NCBI GenBank assembly: GCA_963806225.1
Contig: CAWDXG010000003.1
Location: forward strand, 256,001 to 320,000
Reading direction: 5' to 3'
DNA: 64,000 bases
Source: an uncultured delta proteobacterium
GTDB taxonomy: Bacteria > Myxococcota_A > Polyangia > Polyangiales > Polyangiaceae
The position numbers were made by a program, and so were the translations under genes. Positions 9,856 to 20,659 of the stretch are shown here, piece after piece (within the stretch, counting starts at the first letter, position 1; each line of letters begins with the position of its first letter). A model generated the notes under the pieces. The model saw only the letters and a program-made list of their open reading frames with translations, was not told the origin of the DNA and did no database searches.

Positions 9856-11487
9856 CAGCACGGCTTTCCGCGTCGGCCGCGCGCCCCGACGCCCAGTGCG
9901 AGCAGTCCGAGCAAGGCCCAGAGGGGCGTGCCGTCGCGCGAGCCGGCTGCGCGGCAACCGCAGCCGCCGCTGTCGCCCGACGCCGCGCCGCTGCTCGGGC
10001 CGCCGCTGCTCGCGCCGCCACTGCTTGCGCCTCCCGCCGCAGCGCCGCCTGCTGCCGAGCCCCCGGTCGCCGGGCCGCCTGCGGTGCCGCCCGCACCGCT
10101 GCCCCCAGCGCCGCTGCCCCCGGCGCCGCTGCCCCCCGCGCCGCCGCTGGCTCCCCCCGACTTCAGCCCATTCTGTGGCTTCCAGCCGGGATTGGTCCCC
10201 TCCCCCTGGTAGGCGCCGCGGTAGGTGAAATCCTTCTGCGTGCCGTTGAAGTCGCGGTCGTAGTCGGTGTCGCTCTTGACGCTCGAGAGATCGATCTGGC
10301 TGCCGTGCAGGGCGCTGCCGCTCTTCGGGAAGAAGTCCATCTGCCCCAGCGTGAGGCCGGGATTGACTACGTAGTTGCCGGCATTGGCCACGCTGTCGGT
10401 GATGTCGTCGTGCTCGTTCGTCATCGTGCCCGACAGCGGCGTCGCCGCGAAGATGGCGTTGCCCGCGACGAGGCTCACGCCGCTCGGCGCCGCGCCGAAC
10501 GAGACCCCCTGTGCGGTGCCGTAGACGGTGTTGTTGTACGCAATGGCATCGATCACCGTCTTGCCGGCGTGGTCCATGAAGTGGACGCCAGCGTGCTTGG
10601 AATCGACGAAGAGATTGTCGTGCACGTGCACGCGACCCGTCGCCTGGAGCAGCGCGTCGTCGTCGTTGTGGAAGAAGAAGTTGCCGTAGATCTCGTAGTG
10701 ATCCTGGCTGCCCGGGCCGCTGTCGGGAAAGCCGTCGACCAGCAGGTTCGGTCGCGCGCCGTCGGGGCTCGGGTTGTTCTCCTTCAGGAAGACGTTGTTC
10801 CTGATGATCGTCGTGCGCACGTCCGTCGGCACCTGCGGCACGTCGCTCTGCTGCCGATCGATCTGCTGCTTGATCTCCATGTTGTAGCCGAGCGTGTGGC
10901 GGTACAGGTTGCCCTCGATGAGCCCGCCGATGAACGCCTCGGTGCCGTCGGAATTGCCCAGATACATGCCCGTTCCGGCGCCATCGATGACGTTGTCGCG
11001 GATGATCCAGTTCCAGCTGACGATCTTGGTGCTGACGCCGACGGTCTGCTGACTGGTGCCCCCGCCGTCGTGATGCGTGATGGTGCAACCCTCGACAGTG
11101 ATGTCGTGCGTCCAGTGGCCGGCGCCGCCGTTGGCCTTGACGGCATCGACGCCGGAGATGTCCTGGCCGTCGAAGGTGAGGTTCTTGATGACGATGTACG
11201 CCGCGTCCTGCAGATCGAGGGTGTTGCAGCAGGATTTCGGCGAGTAGGCGTGCGGGCGCGCCGCTCGCCGGTCCCTCGATGGTGATCGGTTTTCCCGGCG
11301 CGCCGCTCACGCCGTGGATCGAGAGCCCTCCGTCGTAGTCTCCGGCCGCGAGCTTCAGCGTGTCGCCGGGCTTCAGCGTCGCGAATTTCGCTTTGAAGTT
11401 CGTCGGATCCGCCGGCACGACCGCCGCGTGGGCCGTCGCGGACGCGAACAGAGAACAGACCAAGGCCCCGAGCAAGGCGTATCGCAT
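9852..11487 (-). CDS. Parallel beta-helix protein with MYXO-CTERM sorting signal, apparent frameshift near 11236
   Basis: Signal peptide, LKPGDTLKLAAGDY, beta-helix repeats (IIRNNVF, IYGNFF, VHDNLF), Gly/Ser linker, GCGCR...PLWALLGLLALGVGARGRR. Confidence 0.8.
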
Positions 11488-11551
11488 CCACAGCAGTCTA
11501 CACCCCCGCACCGCGAAGGGCGGCACGCGGGTGGCGGGACGTTTGCCGCCG

Positions 11552-12040
11552 ATGCAGCAGCTTGAAGACTTCGAGGTGACGCTCGAATCGCCCGAAACCT
11601 GCTCGCGCGCTCCCGCAACGTGCTGATCCAGGTGCCGACCGGCACCATGACGATGCGCATAATCGACGACATCGAGCGGGCGGGCCGGCTGATGCGCGCT
11701 GCGGCCCCGCGTGGCAACGTCGGCGCGATCGTGATCGTGGAAGAGACCGCCGAGGTGCCGCCACGCCGGCGTCCGCAAGCGACAGCGGGACGTGCTCCGC
11801 GACATGGCGTCCCACCACCAGACGTACCTCGCCGGCGAGATCTGCGGCGGAGGCGTCAAGACCTCGCTGCTCCGCACGGTAACGCGCGCGGTTATCCGCG
11901 GCATCGAACGCATCTACTCCGCGCGCACGCCGGAGGACACGGTCCAGTGGATGGCCGACTAGCTCGGCAACGTCGGCGCCGTCGAGCTCGGCCGCGCCGT
12001 CGACTACGCGAGAGAGCTGGCTCGCGGGAAGACGGCGTAG
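11552..12040 (+). pseudogene. Disrupted small myxobacterial hypothetical gene
   Basis: Protein-like text (MQQLEDFEV..., NVLIQV...GAIVIVEETAEVPP, GVRKRQRDVLRDM...QWMAD) split by two frameshifts and an in-frame TAG near 11960. Confidence 0.5.
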
Positions 12041-12048
12041 CGTCCGCG

Positions 12049-12225
12049 ATGGTCGGCCTCGCCGACATTTTCCGCCCCGAGCCGCGGCTTGACGCTCTTT
12101 CTGTCGGCCAGACCGACATTTTCCGCCTCTTGCTATAGCTTCGAGCCCATTGTGTCGGCCGCGCCGACATTTTCCGCCCCAAGCCGCCGCTTCACGCCCC
12201 TTCTGTCGGCCAGACCGACATTTTC
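12049..12225 (+). repeat. 51-bp palindromic repeat array, subtype A (TGTCGG-N5-CCGACA), 4 hairpins
   Basis: Directly visible, between convergent genes. Confidence 0.9.
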
Positions 12226-12295
12226 CCTGGCATGCGACGAAGCTGACCGCCGCGGCGCGAGCGCGGCGGAGATGATTGCCGGAACGGCGAGAGCG

Positions 12296-15200
12296 CTACA
12301 CCTTCGTGACGGCGAGCTTCAAGGCTTCGTCGCCCAGGGCGTACTCGCGCGCGTCGCTGGGAGCCTCGAAGCCGACCTGCGTGGCGAGGCACTCGCGCTC
12401 GAGGGTCGCATGCCCTTCGCGCGCGACTCGCACGACGCGCTCGCTGCCGCCGATCGCCAGGGCGACGCGGTCGGTGAAGTCGAGCTGCTGTTCCTTGCGG
12501 ACGGCCTGGATGCGGCTGACGAGCTCGCGCAGGATGCCTTCGTCGACGAGGGCGTCGGTGAGCGTCGTGTGCAGCACGACCACGCCGACCTTGCCGGTGC
12601 CGGCCGCGAAGCCGTCGGCGGCGGAGACGGCGACCTCGATCTCCTCGTCGTTGAAGTCGAGTTTGTCGCCGTCGATGTCGAGCGTGAGCTTGCCGTGGGT
12701 GGAGAGCTCGGCGTGGAGCTTGCCGCCGTCAGCGGCTTCGAGCGCCTTCTTCACCGCCTGCACGTTCTTGCCCAGGCGCGGTCCGAGCGCGCGGAAGTTG
12801 GGCTTCAGCTTGAACGAGACGGCGCCCTGCTCGTGGCCGGGGAACATGACGCGGAGCTCGTGCACGTTGAGCTCGTCCATCGCGAGCTCCTTGTACGACT
12901 CGAGGCGCTTCAGGAGCTCGCCGTCGTTGAACACCACGTCGGCCCGCGACAGCGGCTGGCGTACCTTGAGCTTGTTCGCTGTCCGCACGCCGAGTCCGAG
13001 GCTCACGATCTCGCGCACCGCGGCCATCTCCTGGGCAAGCCCCTCGTCGATCGCGGCCTCGTGCACCTCGGGGAAGCTGTCGAGGTGCACGCTTTCCTTC
13101 GCGCCTTCGACCTCCGCGCGGGTAACCAGGTTCTGGTACATCTCCTCGGCGAAAAACGGAATGAACGGCGCGGCGAGCTTGCTTACCGTGACCAGCGACT
13201 CGTACAGCGTCGCGTAGGCGTCGCGCTTGTCCTGCTCCAGGCCGGGTGCCCAGAAGCGCTCGCGGCTGCGGCGCACGTACCAGTTGCTGAGCCCCTCGAC
13301 CACATCCACGAGGCGCAGGGCCGCGTCGTAGACGAGGTAGCCGTCGAGCGCTCGGCGGACATCGCGCACGGCGAGGTTCAGCTCGGAGAGCATCCAGCGG
13401 TCGAGCAACGAGCGCTCGCCGAGCGGGCGCCCTGCCTTGTCGCCCGGATGCCAGCCATCGATGTTCGCGTAGATGGTGAAGAACGAGTAGACGTTGCGCA
13501 GCTTCACCTGGAAGTCCTTCTGCAGCGTGCGCACGTTCTTCAGGCTGTGGCGCGTGTTGCTCCAGGGCGGCGACGCGGCGTAGAAGAACCAGCGGAAGGC
13601 GTCGGCGCCGGGCGCGGGCGTGCGCTCGTCCTCGATCATCACGCGCTGCTCGATGGGCTTGCGCGGCACCTCGACCGGCATCGTGGAGAGGCCGCTGTCG
13701 ACCTCCTGCACGCCCAGCGCGGTGCGATCCTCTTCGGGCAAGAGCACCACGCGGCGCGGCAGCTTCTTGTGCGCCTTGAGCGCGAGCATACGGCGATCGT
13801 CGGGCTGGTCAGCGCGGTAGACGGCTACCTCGGCGCCGTCAACGAGGTCCATGCCTTCCAGGTCCTCGCGGGCGATCAGCGCCTCGCCCGGCTTGGCGGT
13901 GACGCCGTGCGCGTCGGCGAGCACGCCGAACTCCATACGCACGCGGTCGAGGATGATCTCGGGCGGCGTGTAGTTGCCCTTGCTCTTGCTCTCCTTCTTG
14001 CCCTCCTTGTCGGAGACATGCCCGAGCACGATGCAGGTCTTGTAGGGGTACGGGAAGTCGCGCTTGGGCGTGAGGGCGAGCTTCTCCTGCGTCGCCTTGT
14101 CGAACACGAGCGTCGAGATCATCAAGAGCGAATAGAACCAGCCGCGCGTCTGGTCGATCGCCTCGCTGATGAAATCCGCCGGGAAAGCGTCGTTGAAGCG
14201 CTCCTTGGAGCCCGGCGCGTGCGGGTAGCCCCACTGCGCGAACGGCATACAGCCGGAGTCGAACCAGCAGTCGATCACCTCGGAGACGCGACGCATCTCC
14301 GCGCCGCACTGGGGGCACGGGAAGGTCACGTGGTCGATCCACGGCTTGTGGACGATCAGGTGCTCGCTCAGGTTGGGGTTCGCTTTCTTCGACTCATGCC
14401 AGTGCGCGAAAGCGTCCGGGTTGAGCTTCTCGATCTCCGCGACAGACGCGGGCGCGAGCTTGTGCTCCTCGTCCTTCGTGCACACCCACACGTTGAGCGG
14501 CGTGCCCCAGAAGCGCTCGCGGCTCAGCGCCCAGTCCACATTGTTGTCGAGGAAATCGCCGAAACGCCCGTTCTTGATGTGCTCCGGCAGCCAGTTGACG
14601 GCCTGGTTGTTGGCGATCGCGTCCTTCAGCCGCTCGGTGGTGCGGATGAACCACGCCGGGCGCGCCATCTGGATCAGCGGATCCTGGTCGGCGCGCCAGC
14701 AGAACGGGTAGTCGTGGCGGTAGAGCTCGTGGTGGACGAGCAGCTTCTTCTCTTCGAGCTCGCGCAGGATGTCCTTGTCGGCGTCCTTCACCCAACGACC
14801 ATCGTACGGAGCCGCCTCGGGCTTGAACGTGCCGTCGGGATTGACGGCGCAGATCAGCTCGACCTCGTCGGGGTTCTGGTAGCGCTGGAGCTCTTTCTTG
14901 TGCGCCTTGTTGTCGTCCTCGCCGAAAGCGGGCGCGATGTGCACGATGCCCGTGCCGCTGTCGAGCGTCACGAAATCCTCGGCGATGACGCGCCACCAGA
15001 TGTGCGTCTCGCCGCCGTCCTTGAGGCGGGCCTTCGTGTCGGCGAGCTTTGCGGAGTAGATGTCGAAGGGCGGGCGGTAGCGCTGGCCGACGAGCTCCTC
15101 GCCTTTGAGCGTGCGCACCACCTCGAGCTCGCGGCCGAGCTTGCCTTCGAGTGTCTCGCGCAGCCCGGAGGCGACAATCAGCTGCTTCACGCCGAGCTCG

Positions 15201-16009
15201 GGCGGCTCGGCCGGCTTCTTTTTCGCCTTCGGATCGACCTTCGGCGCGCCGAGGCGCACCACGTCGTAGCTGTAGTTGGCGCGCACGGCGGCGTAGCCGT
15301 TCGACGAAAGCGTCCAGGGCGTCGTGGTCCAGACGGCGAGCGCCGTTTCCGGATCGTCGAGCAGCGGGAACGCGACGTACACGCTCGGGTCGTCGACGGT
15401 CTTGTAGCCCAGGCCGACCTCGCCGGCGCTCAATGCGGTGCCGCCCTGCGCCCACCACCACACGACCTTGTGGCCCTGGTAGAGCAGCCCCTTTTCGAAC
15501 AGATTCGACAGCGCCCACCACACGCTTTCGACGTAGCTCTTGTGGTACGTCACGTACGCGTCCGGCAGGCTCACCCAGAAGCCGATGCGCTCCGTCAGCC
15601 TCTCCCACTCGCTCGTGTAGCGGAACACGCTCTCGATGCAGCGCGCCACGAACGGCTCCACGCCGTACTCCTGGATCGCCGCCTTGCCGTGGATGCGCAG
15701 CTCCTTCTCGACCTCCACCTCGACGGGCAGGCCGTGCGTGTCCCAGCCGCCCTTGCGCAGCACGCGCTTGCCCAGCATCGCCTGGTAGCGCGGGAACAGA
15801 TCCTTCACCACGCGCGTCAGCACGTGCCCGTTGTGCGGCACGCCATTCGCCGTCGGCGGACCCTCGTAGAAGACGAAGTGCGGCCCATCGGCATTGGCCG
15901 CCAGCGACTTGTCGAAAATCCCCCGCTCCTTCCACAGCGCCAGAATGCGCCGCTCGTAGCTGGGAAAATCGAGCTCGGTGGAGACGGGTTCAAAGGGCGG
16001 ATCGGTCAT
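12296..16009 (-). CDS. ileS: Isoleucine--tRNA ligase (type 2-like)
   Basis: FYEGPPTANGVPHNGH, GWDTHGLPVE, WTTTPWTL, GTGIVHIAPAFG, DWALSRERFWG, DQTRGWFYSL, KESKSKGN, KVRQPL. Confidence 0.97.
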   Translation of the reverse strand: MTDPPFEPVSTELDFPSYERRILALWKERGIFDKSLAANADGPHFVFYEGPPTANGVPHNGHVLTRVVKDLFPRYQAMLGKRVLRKGGWDTHGLPVEVEVEKELRIHGKAAIQEYGVEPFVARCIESVFRYTSEWERLTERIGFWVSLPDAYVTYHKSYVESVWWALSNLFEKGLLYQGHKVVWWWAQGGTALSAGEVGLGYKTVDDPSVYVAFPLLDDPETALAVWTTTPWTLSSNGYAAVRANYSYDVVRLGAPKVDPKAKKKPAEPPELGVKQLIVASGLRETLEGKLGRELEVVRTLKGEELVGQRYRPPFDIYSAKLADTKARLKDGGETHIWWRVIAEDFVTLDSGTGIVHIAPAFGEDDNKAHKKELQRYQNPDEVELICAVNPDGTFKPEAAPYDGRWVKDADKDILRELEEKKLLVHHELYRHDYPFCWRADQDPLIQMARPAWFIRTTERLKDAIANNQAVNWLPEHIKNGRFGDFLDNNVDWALSRERFWGTPLNVWVCTKDEEHKLAPASVAEIEKLNPDAFAHWHESKKANPNLSEHLIVHKPWIDHVTFPCPQCGAEMRRVSEVIDCWFDSGCMPFAQWGYPHAPGSKERFNDAFPADFISEAIDQTRGWFYSLLMISTLVFDKATQEKLALTPKRDFPYPYKTCIVLGHVSDKEGKKESKSKGNYTPPEIILDRVRMEFGVLADAHGVTAKPGEALIAREDLEGMDLVDGAEVAVYRADQPDDRRMLALKAHKKLPRRVVLLPEEDRTALGVQEVDSGLSTMPVEVPRKPIEQRVMIEDERTPAPGADAFRWFFYAASPPWSNTRHSLKNVRTLQKDFQVKLRNVYSFFTIYANIDGWHPGDKAGRPLGERSLLDRWMLSELNLAVRDVRRALDGYLVYDAALRLVDVVEGLSNWYVRRSRERFWAPGLEQDKRDAYATLYESLVTVSKLAAPFIPFFAEEMYQNLVTRAEVEGAKESVHLDSFPEVHEAAIDEGLAQEMAAVREIVSLGLGVRTANKLKVRQPLSRADVVFNDGELLKRLESYKELAMDELNVHELRVMFPGHEQGAVSFKLKPNFRALGPRLGKNVQAVKKALEAADGGKLHAELSTHGKLTLDIDGDKLDFNDEEIEVAVSAADGFAAGTGKVGVVVLHTTLTDALVDEGILRELVSRIQAVRKEQQLDFTDRVALAIGGSERVVRVAREGHATLERECLATQVGFEAPSDAREYALGDEALKLAVTKV

Positions 16010-16202
16010 CGCGGTGTTCGTTGGCTTGGGTCGCGGAGCGGCGCGGCGAGGAGGCAGCGGCCGGCTCGCCGCGATTCGACGGGCAGGGCCGCAGTGCAGT
16101 TCCGTACGGCTCCGGCCCAGGCGCTCGCGTATAGCATTGCTCGGGGATCCCGGCGGAAAGCGGCGCGGACGGGATTGGCGGACGTACTCGGCGGGTGACG
16201 GT

Positions 16203-16219
16203 GATGGATTATGTCAACT
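16203..16219 (+). promoter_or_regulatory. dif-like XerD-arm motif (GATGGA-TTATGTCAACT)
   Basis: Resembles the XerD arm of dif (TTATGTTAAAT in E. coli). Near-identical copy at 29005-29021. No recognisable XerC arm. Confidence 0.45.
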
Positions 16220-16232
16220 CCGGGCACGGCGA

Positions 16233-16636
16233 CGTGCATTTCCGCTCTCACGGACGCCCCACAGCGCCGAAATGCGCGTCCCACGTGCATTTCCGCTCTC
16301 CCGGACGCCCCACAGCACCGAAATGCGCGTCCCACGTGCATTTCCGCCCTCCCGGACGCCCCACAGCACCGAAATGCGCGTCCCACGTGCATTTCCGCTC
16401 TCCCGGACGCCCCACAGCGCCGAAATGCGCGTCCCACGTGCATTTCCCGCTCTCCCGGACGCCCCACAGCGCCGAAATGCGCGTCCCACGTGCATTTCCG
16501 CTCTCCCGGACGCCCCACAGCGCCGAAATGCGCGTCCCACGTGCATTTCCGCCCTCCCGGACGCCCCACAGCACCGAAATGCGCGTCCCACGTGCATTTC
16601 CGCCCTCCCGGACGCCCCACAGCACCGAAATGCGCG
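16233..16636 (+). repeat. 51-bp palindromic repeat array, subtype C, 8 copies
   Basis: Unit cgtgcatttccgctctcccggacgccccacagcgccgaaatgcgcgtccca. Confidence 0.95.
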
Positions 16637-16680
16637 AGCATCCGCGACGCACCCACGCGCCGCCCCCCGTGCGTTTTCCT

Positions 16681-16793
16681 GGGCTGCCCCCAGGCGCTGC
16701 GCCGCGCTGCGCGCGCCGCCGCGCTTCCACGCGCTCCGCGCTTCGCGCTCCGCGGGCCCCCAAGTCCGGGCTACGCCCGGCCGGGGGCCCCAC
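16681..16793 (+). other. Dispersed hairpin element, copy 2
   Basis: GGGCTGCCCC...GGGCCCCC-AAGT-CCGGGC-tac-GCCCGG-cc-GGGGGCCC-CAC. Confidence 0.8.
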
Positions 16794-16924
16794 GTCGCTG
16801 CGCGCCCCACGTCGCTGCGCGCCCCACGTCGCTGCGCGCCCCACGTCGCTGCGCGCCCCACGTCGCTGCGCGCCCCACGTCGCTGCGCGCCCCACGTCGC
16901 TGCGCGCCCCACGTCGCTGCGCGC
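16788..16924. repeat. 18-bp tandem CCCCACGTCGCTGCGCGC, about 7.5 copies
   Basis: Runs from the hairpin end to the stop codon of the convergent gene. Confidence 0.95.
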
Positions 16925-17821
16925 TATCCGGCGCAGCAGCGGAATCCGGTCGAGTAGTCCCAGTAGCTGCGGTTGTGGGCGGTCGTGACGTACAGGCAGC
17001 CCTGGCCGTTGATGACGGTGTCGACGTAGTAGCCGCCGCGGAAGGTGCCGGCGGGATCGACCGTCCATTCGTGGAGGTTGCCCATCATGTCGTACAGGCC
17101 CTCGGCGGTGACGCACTGGGCGTTGGCGCCGCACAGGTCGAGACTGTCCGGGAGCTGATCGACACAGGGGTCGTTCAGCTCGTCGGACGTGAACGAGCGC
17201 GTCCATGCCAAACAGCTGGATGATGGGATGCTCCGAGCGCGAGTCGTTGCAGGCTCCGGGGATGCGCGTGTTGCCGTAGGGATAGGTGTTGCCGGCGGCG
17301 CCCTGGCAGGCGCGCAGCCACTCGGTGTCGGTGCACAGGTGCTTGCCAGCGGCCTGGCACGCGGCTTCGGCCTGGTCGGCGCTGATGTACGCCTGCGGCA
17401 CGGCGCCTTCGATGGACACCGCGCGCACTTGCGTGGAGCCGGGATTCTCGTAGGGCGACCAGCTGCTCACGCCGCCCACGGGTGTGATGAGCTCCAGCGA
17501 CGCCTCGAAGCGGTCGACGCAGAAGGTGTCGACGCGCAGCATGCCGAGCGAGCAACCGCCCTGCCCCGGCGCTTCCATCAGGCCCTCGTTCGGCAGCGGG
17601 TACGTCGCGGGATCGCACGTCCACGCCGCGTCGGCCGCGTCGGCGATGGAGCCATCGAGCGACGCATCGCCTGCGTCGGTGAGCGAGGCATCGCCGTTCG
17701 GCGAACCGCCGCTGCCCGCGCCGCCCTCCCACGCACCACCTGCGCCGCCCGCACTGTACCCGTTGCCGGACGCGCTGGAGCAGCCCACCACGAAGAGAGC
17801 AAGCACAAGCGCGGCCTTCAT
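16924..17821 (-). CDS. Formylglycine-generating-enzyme (SUMF1/FGE-sulfatase) domain lipoprotein, apparent frameshift near 17197
   Basis: VVGC lipobox; FCVDRFEAS, ACQAAGKHLCTDTEWLRACQG, YPYG; second frame GLYDMMGNLHEW, FRGG, STGFRCC. Confidence 0.85.
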
Positions 17822-17864
17822 CGCGTCGAGGATATCCGAAGCCGCGCGGCGGACCGCATGAAAG

Positions 17865-18476
17865 TCAGCGGCGAATGCCGAGCGCGGAAAGCAAAGGCAG
17901 CGGATCGTCGGCCAGCGCTGCGCCGATCGCCGCGACGCCGTCCGCCCCGGCGCGCAGGCACTCCGCAACATTTCCGGCCTCCACGCCGCCGAGCGCGTAC
18001 AGCAGCGGCGGCGGTCCGCCGGCGATGCGCCGCGCGCTCTCGAGGCCGCGCACACCGAGCGGTGGATTACCCTTGCGCGGCGCCATCACGGGCGAGAGCA
18101 CGATCGCGTCCGCACCGCGCGCCTCGGCCTCCGCCGCGCCGTGGCAGGCGCGCGAGATCCATACCTCGCTGCCGACGAGACGTCGGGCGGACGCAGCCTC
18201 GACGCTGTGCTCGCCAAGATGCAGTCCGTCGGCGTCGAGCAGCAGCGCGAGGTCGATGCGGTCATTGACGGCGAAGAGCTGCTCGCTCGCGTGCGCCGCT
18301 GCCACCAGACGTTCCCCCAGCGCCTGGCGCTCCCGCACCGGCAGCCCGGGATCGCGGAGCTGCAGCATCACGCTGCCGGGCTGCGCCGCTGCGCACAGCC
18401 GGGCAAAGCGCTCGACCAGCGCGCCCGGCTCCACGCGCGTGGTATCGCTGATCGCGATCAGGCGCGGGGCCAGCAC
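17865..18476 (-). CDS. thiE: Thiamine-phosphate synthase (ThiE/TenI family)
   Basis: LQLRD, FAVNDRIDLALLLDADGLHLG, SRACH, LSPV, YALGGV, GADGVAAI. Could be the TenI-like paralog. Confidence 0.8.
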   Translation of the reverse strand: MLAPRLIAISDTTRVEPGALVERFARLCAAAQPGSVMLQLRDPGLPVRERQALGERLVAAAHASEQLFAVNDRIDLALLLDADGLHLGEHSVEAASARRLVGSEVWISRACHGAAEAEARGADAIVLSPVMAPRKGNPPLGVRGLESARRIAGGPPPLLYALGGVEAGNVAECLRAGADGVAAIGAALADDPLPLLSALGIRR

Positions 18477-18480
18477 GCCC

Positions 18481-18771
18481 CTACCCTCCGCTCGCTCCCG
18501 CCGCGCCCTTCGCCGCCGACAGATCGCTGCGCGCCATGCCGGCGTAGCGGCTGTTCGGATAGCGCGCAACCAGGTACTCCAGCGTGGTGCGCCAGCTCTC
18601 CTCGTTTCCCTTCGCCTTGAACTGCTGCGCCAGGCCGTAGAGGGCCTGCGCCGGCGTCTCGTAGGTCTTTTCCGATGGCGGTGTCTCGCTCGCACACTGA
18701 AGCGGCGCCTGGCCCAGGGCCGCGGCCAGCAGAAACATCGAAAAAGCCCGCACGCGGCAAATCTCGCCCAT
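18481..18771 (-). CDS. Small exported TPR-like protein
   Basis: Hydrophobic N-terminus, ALYGLAQQF...LVARYPNSRYAGMAR. Start uncertain. Confidence 0.6.
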   Translation of the reverse strand: MGEICRVRAFSMFLLAAALGQAPLQCASETPPSEKTYETPAQALYGLAQQFKAKGNEESWRTTLEYLVARYPNSRYAGMARSDLSAAKGAAGASGG

Positions 18772-18895
18772 CGCGCGGCGGGCGGCAAGCGCGGCGGAGC
18801 GCCCGGCCCGCGAATCGACCCGCCGCGGGTTGCACCTCGACGCCGCGCGCACAAGCTATGAACCGGTAGCGCTCTGCGCACCGATTCCCAACGAA

Positions 18896-20077
18896 ATGTC
18901 CGGTTCACTCACCCGGCGGGCCCTGCCCCTGCTGGCAACGGCGCTGCTGGCCATCGCCTGCACCCACAACGACGGCCGCTCGCCCGACGGCTCCCCGCTC
19001 CAGACCGACCCGCGCTTCGTCGGCACGGGCCTGATGGGGATTGCGTCGGAAGTGCCGCACTGGCCAATGTTCCGTCACGACCACCGGCGCGACGGGCGCA
19101 ACGACCTGATCCGCCGGAGCGAACCGCAGCTTGCCTGGACCTTCGAGACCGGCGGCGAGATCTGGTCATCGCCGGCCATCGGTATCGACGGCACGGTCTA
19201 CGTCAGCTCGCTCGACGGCCGCTTGTACGCGCTCGACCGCAACGGCAAGCTGCTCTGGACGTACCGGACGTTCGGCGCGCTGTGGTCGTCACCGGCGGTG
19301 ACGGGCGACGGCACCGTGTACGTCGCCGGCATCGATCACTACGTGTACGCGCTGATGGGGGGCCGCGTGAAGTGGGCGGTCAAGCTCGGCAACTGTGCGT
19401 TCTCGTCGCCGCTCATCAGCCGCGACGGCACGATCTACATCGGCTCGAACGATCACCGCTTCTACGCCATCAACCCGAACGGGACGATCCGTTGGGTGAA
19501 GCGGACGCGCGCGCCGCTCGATTCGTCGCCGGCCATGACCAACTCGGGCATGTTGTTCATCGGCTCCAGCGACGGAGAGCTTCTGGCGTTCCGCCCCGAC
19601 GGCTCGCGGGCAGGCTCGTTCAGCGCATTGGCGCCCATCCACTCCTCCCCCGCGATCGGTCCGCGCGGCGGCATCTACTTCGGCGCGGACGACGGCTCGG
19701 TCTACGCGGTCACGCCTCAAGGGCAGCTCTACTGGAAGCAGCTCACGGGGCAGGCCGTCACGTCGTCTCCGGCCATCGGCCGCGACGGCGTGGTGGTCAT
19801 CGGCAGTGGCGACTCCACGGTCTACGCCTACAACGCCGACGGCTCCACGCGCTGGGAGTTCGAAACCGGCGGCCCGATCTTCTCGTCGCCCGCCATCACG
19901 GCCGACGACACGGTTTTCGTCGGCTCCGGCGACGGCAAGCTCTACCAGATCGACCGGAACGGACGGCTCGTCTGGTCGTTCCCCACCGGCGGCGCAGTCA
20001 ACTCGTCGCCCGCCATCGGACCGGACGGCGGCATCGCGGTCGGATCGCGCGACCGCAAGGTCTACTACTTCCGCTGA
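18896..20077 (+). CDS. PQQ-like beta-propeller repeat lipoprotein
   Basis: AIAC lipobox, WPMFRHD, eight SSPAIG.DGTVY.GS.DG.LYA repeats. Confidence 0.9.
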   Translation: MSGSLTRRALPLLATALLAIACTHNDGRSPDGSPLQTDPRFVGTGLMGIASEVPHWPMFRHDHRRDGRNDLIRRSEPQLAWTFETGGEIWSSPAIGIDGTVYVSSLDGRLYALDRNGKLLWTYRTFGALWSSPAVTGDGTVYVAGIDHYVYALMGGRVKWAVKLGNCAFSSPLISRDGTIYIGSNDHRFYAINPNGTIRWVKRTRAPLDSSPAMTNSGMLFIGSSDGELLAFRPDGSRAGSFSALAPIHSSPAIGPRGGIYFGADDGSVYAVTPQGQLYWKQLTGQAVTSSPAIGRDGVVVIGSGDSTVYAYNADGSTRWEFETGGPIFSSPAITADDTVFVGSGDGKLYQIDRNGRLVWSFPTGGAVNSSPAIGPDGGIAVGSRDRKVYYFR

Positions 20078-20090
20078 GCTTCGGGCCGCG

Positions 20091-20531
20091 CTACTCGCGC
20101 TCTGCAGGCTCGAGCGTCGCCGGCTCCCGCGGACCGGGCTTGATCAGTCGCAGGATGCCCGCCGCCAGCAAAGCGCCGAGCGTGTCGGCAACCCAGTCGA
20201 GGAACTCGGCATCGCGGTAAGGGATCGTGTACTGCACCAACTCGAGCAGCGCGCCGAGAGCCGACGCCACGACAACCGACGCCACGATCAGCCGCGCGCG
20301 CTTCCACTCCGCCAGCTCGAACGAGAGCGCGTGGTACACGACGAACACCATCACGCCGAAGACCAGGAAGTGCGCGACCTTGTCCTCGGGGATCGGCATA
20401 CGGATGCGCGGCAAGCTCACCTTCGCAGCGCCGGAGTAGAACACCGCCGCGACGTAGAGCAGCGCCGGCACGACGTGAACGAAGAACCCGGGTCGGGCTC
20501 CCTCCTCGCTGGGGTCGGGTTCGGGCATCAC
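20091..20531 (-). CDS. VanZ-family membrane protein
   Basis: DKVAHFLVFG, ELVQYTIPYRDAEFLDWVADTLG. Confidence 0.85.
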   Translation of the reverse strand: MMPEPDPSEEGARPGFFVHVVPALLYVAAVFYSGAAKVSLPRIRMPIPEDKVAHFLVFGVMVFVVYHALSFELAEWKRARLIVASVVVASALGALLELVQYTIPYRDAEFLDWVADTLGALLAAGILRLIKPGPREPATLEPAERE

Positions 20532-20659
20532 GCTGGCCAGGGGGCGGAACGTAGCAGATTTCAGGAAAAGCGCTGGAATCAGCAGACTTGCACCTGGACG
20601 CGCTCAAGCGCCCCCGAATCGCGCGCGCCGACCCTTCCGCCGCCACGCCGCGACCTCGG

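Noticed and set aside
13611..13950. Intein in IleRS
   Set aside because: No intein terminal residues or splicing motifs were recognised.
12089..16198. 1369-aa ORF and other long antisense or alternate-frame ORFs
   Set aside because: Shadow ORFs of real high-GC genes such as ileS and SNF2.
16192..16219. Complete chromosomal dif site
   Set aside because: Only a spacer and XerD-like arm are present, with no XerC arm, and there are two copies.
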